Source: a virus
Taxonomy: Duplodnaviria > Caudoviricetes
Length of the DNA stretch: 64,000 bases
Direction: 5' to 3' (one strand)
Virus record (IMG/VR): IMGVR_UViG_3300032250_000184
Span: 1-64,000 of that record
Notes under the pieces: model-generated
The model's input: only the letters and a program-made list of their open reading frames with translations
What the model was told of the DNA's origin: nothing
Database searches by the model: none
Part shown: piece after piece, positions 1 to 8,938 of the stretch
Numbering within the stretch: position 1 is the stretch's first letter
How the letters are laid out: each line of letters opens with the position of its first letter
Made by a program: the position numbers and the translations under genes

Positions 1-302
1 AACTGGTACACAGCGGCATGCACAGCATCCGTGATGTTCAGTCTGCGTTTAATATCGTCAGCCTGTTTTTGTAATACGGTGACTAACTCCATAATCCGAT
101 CATATTCTTGCTGAGCATACATTCTCGCATGATTAATCATCAAGTCTTTTTGTTGAGTTACAGGAACTAGTTCAAATTTAACTGCACCTGCCTCTGTGGG
201 ATATTCTGATATATTTCGGTTAAGGAAAGGTACCAGAGTTCCACCTATGTCGGCATCGAAACTGTGTCGGCCTTTGGCAAGATTCGATTTATTATCTGGC
301 AT
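1..302 (-). CDS. DUF2452-like conserved phage protein (3' end outside the window)
   Basis: Manual translation MPDNKSNLAK...KDLMINHARMYAQQEYDRIMELVTVLQKQADDIKRRLNITDAVH; open frame to the window edge. Confidence 0.65.
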   Translation of the reverse strand, partial: MPDNKSNLAKGRHSFDADIGGTLVPFLNRNISEYPTEAGAVKFELVPVTQQKDLMINHARMYAQQEYDRIMELVTVLQKQADDIKRRLNITDAVHAAVYQ

Positions 303-478
303 TAATGGATAATGTTTAAGGATGTATTGAGGTGCTCAAACGGAGATTAGAATAATAAATGTAGTAATAACTGGTAGATATTGGAGGGAAAGCCCGGAAG
401 CGCCGGAAAGAATAAAGGTCATTGTAGTATCCAAAGTATATAATATGTCTAGTGTTGCGTTTCGTTTTGTTACCTGTG

Positions 479-811
479 TTACTTATCTTTCCAGTTAAAT
501 CCTAAGAGTTTGTGTAACTTACTTTGTAACCATGTTGGTTTCGTTTCGAGTCCAACACGGATGCCACCGATAGAGAGTTCACCAACAGAATGTATCGGAG
601 TGATGGTGAGTTGTGGAGTAATAGTGGTGGTAGATAATGATCCCCAAGTGTATGATATGCCTTCACTTAGAGAAACAAGTTTAGGTTTAGTATCACATCC
701 TTCATAGGACATTTCTAATGGAATCTGTTCGGTGAGTGGCCAGAATTGTTTCAGTTCCAGTTCGAGTTGATTCCAGTCTTTAAATATGGGTTCGGTATAA
801 AAGAAACTCAT
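479..811 (-). CDS. hypothetical protein
   Basis: 110-aa ORF in a tightly packed minus-strand run. Confidence 0.6.
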   Translation of the reverse strand: MSFFYTEPIFKDWNQLELELKQFWPLTEQIPLEMSYEGCDTKPKLVSLSEGISYTWGSLSTTTITPQLTITPIHSVGELSIGGIRVGLETKPTWLQSKLHKLLGFNWKDK

Positions 812-996
812 TCGGTTTTCTCCTTGGGTTTATCACAAACTAAATCTGGTGTGCAACGGACTGCTGAACCATCTTGTGTATTGAAACGGATTAATCCATG
901 TTCATCGGAAGTATAAGAGTATTTGGCATTATATGATTCTGGTCGAACCGTCTGATACGACAATAACAATGCCACAAATATTTCTAAACCCAACAC
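808..996 (-). CDS. small exported/membrane hypothetical protein
   Basis: Hydrophobic N-terminus, overlaps the next gene by 4 nt. Confidence 0.55.
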   Translation of the reverse strand: MLGLEIFVALLLSYQTVRPESYNAKYSYTSDEHGLIRFNTQDGSAVRCTPDLVCDKPKEKTE

Positions 997-998
997 GA

Positions 999-1193
999 TT
1001 ATTTCTTTGTTTTATTTGATTCAATAATGAAATCAACAATCACTTTTTGTGTCTTGGAGTACTTCTCATTCATTCTACGAAACTCATTTAATTCGGTCAG
1101 CATTGGATTGGTGTGATACCCGTCCATGACCGCATCTTCATAGCCTGGATGATAAGGTGCTTCTGCTACAATTTGTTCTGGTGTCTTGTTCAT
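999..1193 (-). CDS. hypothetical protein carrying the IVAEAPYxPGYEDAV motif
   Basis: ATGA overlap with the upstream stop supports a start at 1193; motif shared with 52731..53117. Confidence 0.6.
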   Translation of the reverse strand: MNKTPEQIVAEAPYHPGYEDAVMDGYHTNPMLTELNEFRRMNEKYSKTQKVIVDFIIESNKTKK

Positions 1194-1795
1194 AGTTTCC
1201 ATACCCATTGATAACCGTTGTGAATTCGTTCTCGTTTGATTTGTTCCATAAACTGCTTAACATATAATCCTTTACCCATCTCAACTATATTGCCTTTACT
1301 GTCTTGGCATAATGGATTATCATCTACACATATCAGAGTACCTTCTTTGAGTGAAGGCATAATGGCGACTAGTTCCATGACATGGTGTAATGAGGATGGG
1401 TGTGGATTGGTTACATCAAAATCGTATGAATCGAGATAGAGTACGTCAATCTTTCGGTTGTTTGCAACCCACGATTTGGATTGATTGTATAAAAACGAAA
1501 CCGAATCGCCACAGAATACATTGGCTGTCTTACAATGTTGCGTTGCAAACTTGACATTATCAGGATTAATATCAACTGAGTAGAAATCTCCACCATGGTA
1601 CTCGACCAGTTTATCAAAGAGTATCGTGGACATACCGTCACCATCAAAGTTGTTTTCTTGTCGAGCACAACCTGTTTCTACGATAAGTGGATTATCAATA
1701 CTGAGTGCATGATTCATCATCATGGCAAATGATTCGGCTCGCTTACCTGTTTTGTTTACGAGTTCTTCTAGGTGTTTGGTTTGTTCTGGTGTCAT
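1190..1795 (-). CDS. class I SAM-dependent methyltransferase (Methyltransf_24-like)
   Basis: IVETGC, SVDIN, GDSVSFL, VLYLDSYD and ICVDD motifs. Confidence 0.75.
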   Translation of the reverse strand: MTPEQTKHLEELVNKTGKRAESFAMMMNHALSIDNPLIVETGCARQENNFDGDGMSTILFDKLVEYHGGDFYSVDINPDNVKFATQHCKTANVFCGDSVSFLYNQSKSWVANNRKIDVLYLDSYDFDVTNPHPSSLHHVMELVAIMPSLKEGTLICVDDNPLCQDSKGNIVEMGKGLYVKQFMEQIKRERIHNGYQWVWKL

Positions 1796-1850
1796 AATGA
1801 AAGGTTATAATGTATATACGCTACTATTACAATTAGTAATATAGTGATAG

Positions 1851-2231
1851 TTATTGCTGTCTTTGTTTCCATAAGTCCTCGCACATTGATTTTTTACCAG
1901 TTAGAGATAAGCAATCTTCCATATAGTGTTGCTCATTCTTACTTATCTGATTAGGGATTACCTTATCGGATTCAGGTTTAAATTCAATTACGGGTGTTAC
2001 GGGTATTACTTCGGTAGTATATGGCACAGGTTTGGTTATAACTTCTATATCAACAGGTTCAGACCTTGAAAATACGAATAGTAAAATCAAGGCAAAGAAA
2101 CCTGCCAACAAGAACTTCCAGTACATCACAGCAATAATACCAATACCAATGGCAATGACTGTGAATATAATAATAGTTTCTAATCGACCTTGAGTAACAC
2201 CAATGGTCGATAGTATCTGATTATAGTCCAT
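1851..2231 (-). CDS. membrane protein
   Basis: Two hydrophobic helices near the N-terminus. Confidence 0.6.
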   Translation of the reverse strand: MDYNQILSTIGVTQGRLETIIIFTVIAIGIGIIAVMYWKFLLAGFFALILLFVFSRSEPVDIEVITKPVPYTTEVIPVTPVIEFKPESDKVIPNQISKNEQHYMEDCLSLTGKKSMCEDLWKQRQQ

Positions 2232-2233
2232 GA

Positions 2234-2473
2234 TTACTTGGCACGCTTAGGATCACAATGCACATTGATGGGCACCAATACTTTTCCGTGTACTGTTGTT
2301 TGTGTAACATACTCAACATAAGGTTTCATATTGGCATCTTCACATTCATTAACACTACGGATAACATCACGGCGTTCCATCTTTTCAATTTTTTCGTTAC
2401 CAGCAACCACGGGTGGTTTAGAAGCACAAGCTGGCAATAAAACTACGGCTAACATAATAAAAAAATACTTCAC
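2234..2473 (-). CDS. putative lipoprotein
   Basis: Signal peptide with lipobox LLPAC. Confidence 0.65.
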   Translation of the reverse strand: MKYFFIMLAVVLLPACASKPPVVAGNEKIEKMERRDVIRSVNECEDANMKPYVEYVTQTTVHGKVLVPINVHCDPKRAK

Positions 2474-2500
2474 TTTAAATCTCCATAAGTTTAAGACTAC

Positions 2501-2529
2501 ATTATACTACAAGTTAAAAAAACTAGCAA
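2501..2529 (-). promoter_or_regulatory. sigma70-like early promoter TTGCTA-17-TATAAT
   Basis: Hexamers and 17-nt spacer read directly. Confidence 0.55.
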
Positions 2530-2852
2530 CCTGTCCAACGAATATTACCATAATCTTTCGTCTTGACATTACCACGAGGAAAGTTTTTCGCTGGTGCTTT
2601 CCAACTTGCCGCTTTCCAAATATTACCCTCATAATCTACAAATGAGTGGCAACTTCTTTGTTTGAATGAACTACCATCTTCGTACCAATGAAAGATTTTC
2701 ACATACTTGGTACCGGGTTCAAATCCAACCGTAAATCCTAAATCGTGAGAAAATTTACACTTGACCGAGTACTGATTATAATTATCTATTAGATATTTTC
2801 TATAATCTTCCAGATGAACTAAGATGTTGTCGAGTTTTTGATTTTTACTCAT
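2523..2852 (-). CDS. conserved small early phage protein
   Basis: HSFVD..GNIWKAASWKAPAK..RGN motif typical of a widespread phage family. Confidence 0.6.
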   Translation of the reverse strand: MSKNQKLDNILVHLEDYRKYLIDNYNQYSVKCKFSHDLGFTVGFEPGTKYVKIFHWYEDGSSFKQRSCHSFVDYEGNIWKAASWKAPAKNFPRGNVKTKDYGNIRWTGC

Positions 2853-3004
2853 TACACCACCTCATCTAAAATATTATAATAATTTTCAATAATACCAACT
2901 ACATCATCAACCGATAAATCATATTTCTCGGCTAACTTGAACTCACTATCACCCCGTGAATAATCATCAATAACATCAATAATCAAATTTTTCATAACAC
3001 TCAT
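2852..3004 (-). CDS. small acidic hypothetical protein (50 aa, below track cutoff)
   Basis: Manual translation MSVMKNLIIDVIDDYSRGDSEF...; AGGAG SD; TAATG overlap with the next gene. Confidence 0.55.
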   Translation of the reverse strand: MSVMKNLIIDVIDDYSRGDSEFKLAEKYDLSVDDVVGIIENYYNILDEVV

Positions 3005-3033
3005 AATAAAACTCCTTCTCAATTTATGATACC

Positions 3034-3061
3034 ATTATAACACAACCACGGAGGTTGTCAA
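3034..3061 (-). promoter_or_regulatory. sigma70-like early promoter TTGACA-16-TATAAT
   Basis: Consensus hexamers; upstream TGTTG-N8-CAACA at 3068-3085. Confidence 0.65.
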
Positions 3062-3086
3062 TACCAGTGTTGTACCAAAACAACAG

Positions 3087-3623
3087 TTAGGAATTGGCAT
3101 CCGATATTAATTTTGGTATTACTGTTAAAGGATCCTCTATAACAAACCATTCACGGTTACTACGAACACGAACATAACCCAAAGATTCCAATATTTTGTG
3201 TATTTGTTTGTCGGATGTTTTACCTGCGTGCCAGTATGCAATTAATTTTAATTCACCACTATTACTGGTTGTGTCTTGTTCTTGAATTCTATCGTATGGA
3301 CTTTTTTTAGTTTCACCTATTTTATACCTATTAAATGTTCTTTCAGTATCGGTTGTATATACATAAATGTATTTTATTTGTCCATCTGTATAAATTAAAG
3401 GATTGATTTGTTTTATCCATCCAGTTTTTAATTTATGAATATAAGAATTATATCTCTGTTCTTCTTCATCTTGTAGTTGTAATTCACGAGCCTTTTTTGC
3501 TTGTTCCCATGGTGTAAATTTCCATAAAAACTTTAATAATTTCCATAACAATTTTGCTGTTATTATAATTATAAAAAAGAAACTTAGGAGTAGATAACCA
3601 AATATAGTGAATATTATTTTCAT
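3087..3623 (-). CDS. T5orf172/GIY-YIG-like domain protein with N-terminal TM helix
   Basis: YIYVY..RYKIGET..PYDRIQE..IH..L..REWF pattern; hydrophobic first ~30 aa. Confidence 0.7.
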   Translation of the reverse strand: MKIIFTIFGYLLLSFFFIIIITAKLLWKLLKFLWKFTPWEQAKKARELQLQDEEEQRYNSYIHKLKTGWIKQINPLIYTDGQIKYIYVYTTDTERTFNRYKIGETKKSPYDRIQEQDTTSNSGELKLIAYWHAGKTSDKQIHKILESLGYVRVRSNREWFVIEDPLTVIPKLISDANS

Positions 3624-3638
3624 ATAAAACCAATAATA

Positions 3639-3752
3639 CTATTTACCACCTAAGGATTGTATTAATTCATTCAATAGATTTCTGGCCATGGAATTAGCAG
3701 GTGTCCAACACCTAATCTTTTTTAGATGTTCTAATAATTCTCTGATATCCAT
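3639..3752 (-). CDS. small hypothetical protein (37 aa)
   Basis: Manual translation MDIRELLEHLKKIRCWTPANSMARNLLNELIQSLGGK fills the gap with a TAATG overlap. Confidence 0.45.
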   Translation of the reverse strand: MDIRELLEHLKKIRCWTPANSMARNLLNELIQSLGGK

Positions 3753-4024
3753 TATTTGTAAATACCCGACCAAGTTTTAAGTTTTTCTTTTTTATTTTGT
3801 CTTGCGCCGTTTATGTTACCATCAGAGATAACACATTGGTCAACGAGAACATCAATCATGGCAAGTAAATCACCAATCTCTTCCTCTAGTCTTGCTTTAT
3901 TGTTTGGACCATCTGCTGGCCATTGTGCATCAAATCCAAAACGAAATACTTTGGATATTGCTTGCGTTACTTCAGCACATTCTTCTTGTAAAATCAATAG
4001 TGCTTCTTTTTGCTTCTCATTCAT
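3752..4024 (-). CDS. MazG-like nucleotide pyrophosphohydrolase
   Basis: LQEECAEV..ISK..RFG and LEEEIGDLLAM (EExxE/ExxD). Confidence 0.75.
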   Translation of the reverse strand: MNEKQKEALLILQEECAEVTQAISKVFRFGFDAQWPADGPNNKARLEEEIGDLLAMIDVLVDQCVISDGNINGARQNKKEKLKTWSGIYK

Positions 4025-4283
4025 TATTATCTTCTTCAACAAATTTAATTACAGGCATATATTCTTCCACTTTTTTAAGTGCTTCCAATTTCGTTGGAGC
4101 AATTACTTTGCAAGTATATAAACCATCTCTCATACTAATGGTAAATGGAACAACTCCATTAATAAACCATTCTTCTTTTACATAACACTTGATGTGCCAT
4201 TCTCTGGCATCAAGGCATCGTTTAATCATTTCATCAGCGATCCTTTTAGGATCAAAATCATCAGCTTCAATTATATCAGGCAT
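4017..4283 (-). CDS. hypothetical protein
   Basis: Packed ORF. Confidence 0.6.
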   Translation of the reverse strand: MPDIIEADDFDPKRIADEMIKRCLDAREWHIKCYVKEEWFINGVVPFTISMRDGLYTCKVIAPTKLEALKKVEEYMPVIKFVEEDNNE

Positions 4284-4479
4284 TTTCGTTCAGTAATTGT
4301 TGATTACGACCTTCATTTAAGAATACTTCAACCATATGTTTAGCATCAACCAAAGTTTCTAATACGTTCATCTTTCTATATAAACGGTCACCAATATACA
4401 ACTCAACAACATAACAATGCTCATTATGAAATATGTTGGCCTTTCTATCAGCACCATAACCAGTGTGTAATAGTTTCAT
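4276..4479 (-). CDS. hypothetical protein
   Basis: Packed ORF. Confidence 0.6.
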   Translation of the reverse strand: MKLLHTGYGADRKANIFHNEHCYVVELYIGDRLYRKMNVLETLVDAKHMVEVFLNEGRNQQLLNENA

Positions 4480-4691
4480 TTTACATCCTCTATTATTCCG
4501 TCAAAGGCATATTTCTTAGCCGCCTCTTCAGCTTCTTCTTCACTACTAAAAAACTTTGTCAATTTTGAACCAGTTGCATTATCGATAAAGTCAACAATGT
4601 AAAATGGCGTGACTACACAGGTGGCAAGGAAGCCGATTTCGGACATACGGTGTCCTTGAGCACCAATGAATGTTACAATTTCTTGTATCAT
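4476..4691 (-). CDS. hypothetical protein
   Basis: Packed ORF. Confidence 0.55.
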   Translation of the reverse strand: MIQEIVTFIGAQGHRMSEIGFLATCVVTPFYIVDFIDNATGSKLTKFFSSEEEAEEAAKKYAFDGIIEDVK

Positions 4692-6808
4692 GATATTAAT
4701 CCTATAAATCTGTTTAGTACTACACGGTTAGCAACACGGCCTCCTGTATATTTACTGAAAGCCGAAACGAGACCACGGGTCGTGGCATTTTGTTTCACTT
4801 CAAATCCAACATCATCTTCCGTATCAAGTGCTTCAGAACGCAGAACATAATATTCATCGAACCCAGCAGTCTTAACCACAGCAAATTTATTCTTACGAAA
4901 GCTTGCCTTGATAACTTCATGATTAACACTCTTTGGATAAAAGCAATGAATTTTACGGTTAAATTCTCTACCTGCAATTACATAAAAACCAAGAACATTA
5001 CAACCAGTCTTTGCTTTTAATAGTTTCACATAGGCCGCAGTATGTGAAGCACAATCGTATATATTCTCAACCGTTTCTTGATGCTTTGTAATTGGGTCAC
5101 GAATAACTAAACCTGCTTGAGCTCTACCATAAGCATCACTACCACGAGAAATGATTCTGCCATCAACATCGTGTTCCTGATAAACAGAACGAATTGTATG
5201 ACCATCACCATCGGTTAAGAATACAGCATTTACAATTTGTAATTTGTATTGTTTTTGAAAGTGTGGAACAATTTCCATTGCTGCAATAGTTGCTTCGTTC
5301 AATGGTGTGCCACCCATTGTCATCCAGTAAGGAATATAACGAGGTGATAATGACATCTTAACTAAAGAAGATGCTGCAAAAGTAAATTCACCTGCTGTCA
5401 TTTTACTTGATAACAAGTTCATCAAATAAAAATCTCTAGACGCCAAATCACCTGCTTTTGGTGTGCAAGAATATTGCAAAGATTCGTGAGATTCTGGTGT
5501 CGCAAAAGCATACACATCATATGGAATGTTTACTTTCTTGCAGAACATAACCAAAGAGATTAGTTGCTTCATTGTATTTTCAATATGATTAGACATAGAA
5601 CCAGACCAATCAAGGAACATTACAAGGCCGTGTGATTTGCCGTTTGGTACAACAGAAATCTTTTTAAAGATATCATCATTGAATTGATAAGAGAAAATCT
5701 TCTTCATATCAAGGTCACCAGTTTTAGCAGTAGTTGCTCGTTTTAACTGGTCGGCATTTTTACGCAATTCGAATTCTTTTACCAAGTAGGAAACAACCTT
5801 GTTGGTTTCACGGCGTAATTTTAAATATTTTGTATGGTCATTGATATCTTTCTTATAGTCAGACATCGATTCTTTGTATCTTTTGTATAGTACTTTGTAT
5901 GACATAATACCTTTGTTCATGTCAAACTTAGGAATGTTACCATACATATAATTCTTCGCATTTTCAGCAAAGAGTTTCTTTTCGTTTTGTTTATATGATT
6001 CATCGGTGAATGAACGAACATTATCTTCTTCCACTTCTTTGTGGTCAAAGCGTTCATCATTATTGATTAACTCATCATCATCTTCTGGAGTTTTTTCACC
6101 TTCGTTAGAGTCAGTAGGTTTCGATTGGGTTTCTTCATCAGTTTCTTCGCCTTCATCATCAAAGTCAGCTTCATCATCCCAATTACCAAAACCGTCAATA
6201 TCTTCTTCATCTTCTTCAACTTCTTCAGGAGGCATTTTAGACTTACGCTCTTCTTCCTGTTCTTTCATGTATGCAACGATGCGTTTAGTCACCTCAATAA
6301 CTTCATCATAAGTTTGAGTTGTTTCCACATCTTTAAGCAATACTTTCTCAACTGGTTCAAATTTAATACCAAGAGCTGGACCAAGTTTGCAATGAATATT
6401 CAAACGGTCAATAAAATTCATTTCATTGAGGTCGATGCCATTAGTACCAAAGAAATCTTTTGCAAAAAGTTCTTTGTATGCTCGAACAAAAGAATTGCGT
6501 AAGCCAGGATATTTGTATTTGATTTTTCGTTCAATGCGAGAATCTTCTACGACATTGAGAATGGATGGATTTACTTTTTCTTCTCGTGCCTTGAGCATTC
6601 CATCCATAGGAGTATAGAGTGCGTGGCCAACTTCATGACCAACAAACAAGTCATATGTGTGACCATTGATATTATCATCAAGAACAGGAATTACCAATAC
6701 TCGATTTTTTACATCGAACATGGCGGTTGATACTTTGCGGTGCTCTACCACAAGATTTTCTGTTGCCATTAGTTTGGCAAGTAATGATTTAGTGTCCTGT
6801 AATTGCAT
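4688..6808 (-). CDS. metallopeptidase-like + acidic linker + vWA (CobT-like) protein
   Basis: HEVGH zincin motif, NVVEDSRIE, MIDAS DWSGS...T...FLTDG; a common T4-like accessory gene. Confidence 0.8.
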   Translation of the reverse strand: MQLQDTKSLLAKLMATENLVVEHRKVSTAMFDVKNRVLVIPVLDDNINGHTYDLFVGHEVGHALYTPMDGMLKAREEKVNPSILNVVEDSRIERKIKYKYPGLRNSFVRAYKELFAKDFFGTNGIDLNEMNFIDRLNIHCKLGPALGIKFEPVEKVLLKDVETTQTYDEVIEVTKRIVAYMKEQEEERKSKMPPEEVEEDEEDIDGFGNWDDEADFDDEGEETDEETQSKPTDSNEGEKTPEDDDELINNDERFDHKEVEEDNVRSFTDESYKQNEKKLFAENAKNYMYGNIPKFDMNKGIMSYKVLYKRYKESMSDYKKDINDHTKYLKLRRETNKVVSYLVKEFELRKNADQLKRATTAKTGDLDMKKIFSYQFNDDIFKKISVVPNGKSHGLVMFLDWSGSMSNHIENTMKQLISLVMFCKKVNIPYDVYAFATPESHESLQYSCTPKAGDLASRDFYLMNLLSSKMTAGEFTFAASSLVKMSLSPRYIPYWMTMGGTPLNEATIAAMEIVPHFQKQYKLQIVNAVFLTDGDGHTIRSVYQEHDVDGRIISRGSDAYGRAQAGLVIRDPITKHQETVENIYDCASHTAAYVKLLKAKTGCNVLGFYVIAGREFNRKIHCFYPKSVNHEVIKASFRKNKFAVVKTAGFDEYYVLRSEALDTEDDVGFEVKQNATTRGLVSAFSKYTGGRVANRVVLNRFIGLIS

Positions 6809-6831
6809 GAAATCTCCTAGTTAATTCCATT

Positions 6832-6859
6832 ATTATACAGGAATCCTATATTCCGTCAA
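6832..6859 (-). promoter_or_regulatory. sigma70-like promoter TTGACG-16-TATAAT
   Basis: Hexamers read directly; TGTTG-N8-CAACA at 6876-6893. Confidence 0.6.
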
Positions 6860-6899
6860 GAACTATGTTTGGATGTGTTGTTTTTTAGCAACACCATGA

Positions 6900-7061
6900 T
6901 TATTCGTACATTTCCTTGCGTTTTTGGTAGTCGGAAAGGTCTTTTTCCATTCCCGATAGTGCAACCCACTTCCGAGTAACAATATCCAAGCGTTTCCAAG
7001 CAGGAATTTCTTCATCATCTGTTATTGCCGAGAAAATTAACGGCTGATTTTGCTCAATCAT
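6900..7061 (-). CDS. small hypothetical protein
   Basis: AAGGAAG SD before MIEQNQ. Confidence 0.5.
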   Translation of the reverse strand: MIEQNQPLIFSAITDDEEIPAWKRLDIVTRKWVALSGMEKDLSDYQKRKEMYE

Positions 7062-7242
7062 ACTTACTTCCTTCATTTTTATCAAAAATTTGTTGTTCCA
7101 ACGCTGATGCAAGCTCTTCTGCAAGATTCGGATTGAATTTTACAAGAAAATAAGCTACATCTTGAGCAGGAATATGACGTAAATTGAACATAATCTCATC
7201 TACGCCTCGATAAATCTGTGTTTCTTCCCATTGTGATAACAT
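7054..7242 (-). CDS. hypothetical protein
   Basis: Packed ORF. Confidence 0.55.
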   Translation of the reverse strand: MLSQWEETQIYRGVDEIMFNLRHIPAQDVAYFLVKFNPNLAEELASALEQQIFDKNEGSKYD

Positions 7243-7248
7243 TTTTTC

Positions 7249-7419
7249 TCACATATCATAATATTGATTAATAACAACTACATTTTTACCACTCTTTTTT
7301 GCTTCTCCGAGTGCTTTCATAGATTGTAACTCAAGTTCTTGCTCTTGGCAAGTTAAACTTGACATATAATCCTGAAATTCGTCCCAATCTTCATTTGTCC
7401 AACCTTTTGGTGCGTCCAT
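7249..7419 (-). CDS. small hypothetical protein (56 aa)
   Basis: Manual translation MDAPKGWTNEDWDEFQDYM... fills the gap. Confidence 0.5.
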   Translation of the reverse strand: MDAPKGWTNEDWDEFQDYMSSLTCQEQELELQSMKALGEAKKSGKNVVVINQYYDM

Positions 7420-7420
7420 A

Positions 7421-7765
7421 TTACCTTCTCATGCTTGAAATTTCTTGTGCTTCTTTATCGGTGAATACAGGAACAGCATTTGACTTATGCATTGTAGCCA
7501 CACCTTTCATTTTGTCGCCTGTATATGAACTTTGGGATTTTTTAGTACAAGGTATAAAACCTGTATCAATGGAAACACATTGGGGAGTTTCCCTGCCAGC
7601 TGGAACTTTAGGAACTGGCATTGATTTAACCAACGGTCTGGAAATTGTTTTATTTGAAATCCGAGGTATTTCGGAAATCATCTTTAACCAATCTTCGTGA
7701 CGTTGCTTCACAATTTTTGGAACTTTGCGTTTTTTCTGTTTTGGAATGTAACCGTGTATAATCAT
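7421..7765 (-). CDS. basic conserved hypothetical protein
   Basis: YTGDKMKGVATMHKSNAVPVF..ISSMRR C-terminus typical of a T4-like family; AGGAG SD. Confidence 0.65.
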   Translation of the reverse strand: MIIHGYIPKQKKRKVPKIVKQRHEDWLKMISEIPRISNKTISRPLVKSMPVPKVPAGRETPQCVSIDTGFIPCTKKSQSSYTGDKMKGVATMHKSNAVPVFTDKEAQEISSMRR

Positions 7766-7792
7766 AATATAAACTCCTGATTGGAATTTACA

Positions 7793-7821
7793 ATAATACA
7801 CTAGTTCTGATGAGATGTCAA
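7793..7821 (-). promoter_or_regulatory. sigma70-like promoter TTGACA-17-TATTAT
   Basis: Hexamers and spacer read directly. Confidence 0.55.
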
Positions 7822-7952
7822 GCTGACTGTTGTTTTTATGACACACCTTGGTACCATAAGGTTCTAAAGCTTTATTTTAAAGCAGGACACCGGTACTTAT
7901 AATGAAAAAAAGAGAATTGATTGGTATATTTGAGTTATTTCATTTGGTGAAA

Positions 7953-8135
7953 TTAACTGTTTTCCCATCTCTTGTCAGATTCAGCTGCCTCAGCTGCTTC
8001 CGAGAGTTCTTCTTCTTCATGTTGTGTTAATAACTTCTTAATCTCGGTGTGTTCGTTACGATGCCTACTGTGTGTGTAATTGTAATCATCATTATACTCT
8101 TTGTTTTTACGAAACTTACCTACAAACTTACTCAC
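7953..8135 (-). CDS. hypothetical protein
   Basis: 60-aa ORF with AGGAG SD. Confidence 0.55.
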   Translation of the reverse strand: MSKFVGKFRKNKEYNDDYNYTHSRHRNEHTEIKKLLTQHEEEELSEAAEAAESDKRWENS

Positions 8136-8144
8136 TTACTTCTC

Positions 8145-8516
8145 CTATTTCATGGTTTCAAAAGTTATGCCTCGAATTTTAGTTTCTGGCATATTATGCA
8201 TATCCATATTTGACACATAGGTGATGTCGGAATTAGGATAACAAATTTTTACGATTTTTAATAGTTGGCAAACTGTACCGTCAGTATCATTGAAAGAAAA
8301 TATCTCATCAACGCATTTAATGTTTGAAAGTATCTCTCGGCGAGTTTCATAGTTCTGTACAAAACCTCCAACAGAATAAACCATCCACCAATCCGAATGT
8401 AAACCAACGACAAGCCAATCACCTTTGCGTTTACACTTTTTTAGAAAACGCAAATCATCCACATCCAATGGATCGAATTCTCCAGTAACGATTATTATCT
8501 TTTCTTTATCGTGCAT
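8145..8516 (-). CDS. cytidylyltransferase-like protein with degenerate HxGH motif
   Basis: TGEFDPL..GDWLVVGLHSD..R.EILSNIKCVDEI; HxGH replaced by DVDD. Confidence 0.65.
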   Translation of the reverse strand: MHDKEKIIIVTGEFDPLDVDDLRFLKKCKRKGDWLVVGLHSDWWMVYSVGGFVQNYETRREILSNIKCVDEIFSFNDTDGTVCQLLKIVKICYPNSDITYVSNMDMHNMPETKIRGITFETMK

Positions 8517-8938
8517 TAAGGTATTAAAGTCGGAAATGCCTCTTTTACAAACTTATAATCTAAACCTTTTACGCCTTGGTCTTTTTTAAAGATACCAATA
8601 ACAACTTCAGCTTCACGAGGTTCTATTGATTCAAGTAAAAGAATGAGTAACTCATTCTGCCGTCTTGGTGATAACTTCTCTGCTTCAGGATGTCCTTCTT
8701 GAAACAGATATAATTTTCGAATCTCTGTGGAAAGTTGACATAACGATATACCTGGTTTTGTATCAGGAATTTTATAATTCTCAGGCATATCTTTGATTTT
8801 CCATTTACAATCTGGATGAAAGGTAAACTGTAGAACATCCACCAATGTCTTGGACAGATTCCTCTCAATTACTGCCATTCTTTCTTTTTTGTTTTTAGCT
8901 TCTTCAAACTCATCAAATACTTCGTAAATATTTTTCAT
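8516..8938 (-). CDS. conserved T4-like protein (DUF6433-like)
   Basis: Position next to rnh; LE.I.PREAEVVI motif. Confidence 0.6.
   Translation of the reverse strand: MKNIYEVFDEFEEAKNKKERMAVIERNLSKTLVDVLQFTFHPDCKWKIKDMPENYKIPDTKPGISLCQLSTEIRKLYLFQEGHPEAEKLSPRRQNELLILLLESIEPREAEVVIGIFKKDQGVKGLDYKFVKEAFPTLIP

Noticed and set aside
305-478. Purine-skewed 170-nt intergenic stretch
   Set aside because: No convincing promoter spacing, hairpin series or iterons; could be an origin or leader but unsupported
1172-1793. 14-nt repeat TTTGTTCTGGTGTC (TPEQ) at the starts of two adjacent genes
   Set aside because: Too short to separate from chance or local recombination
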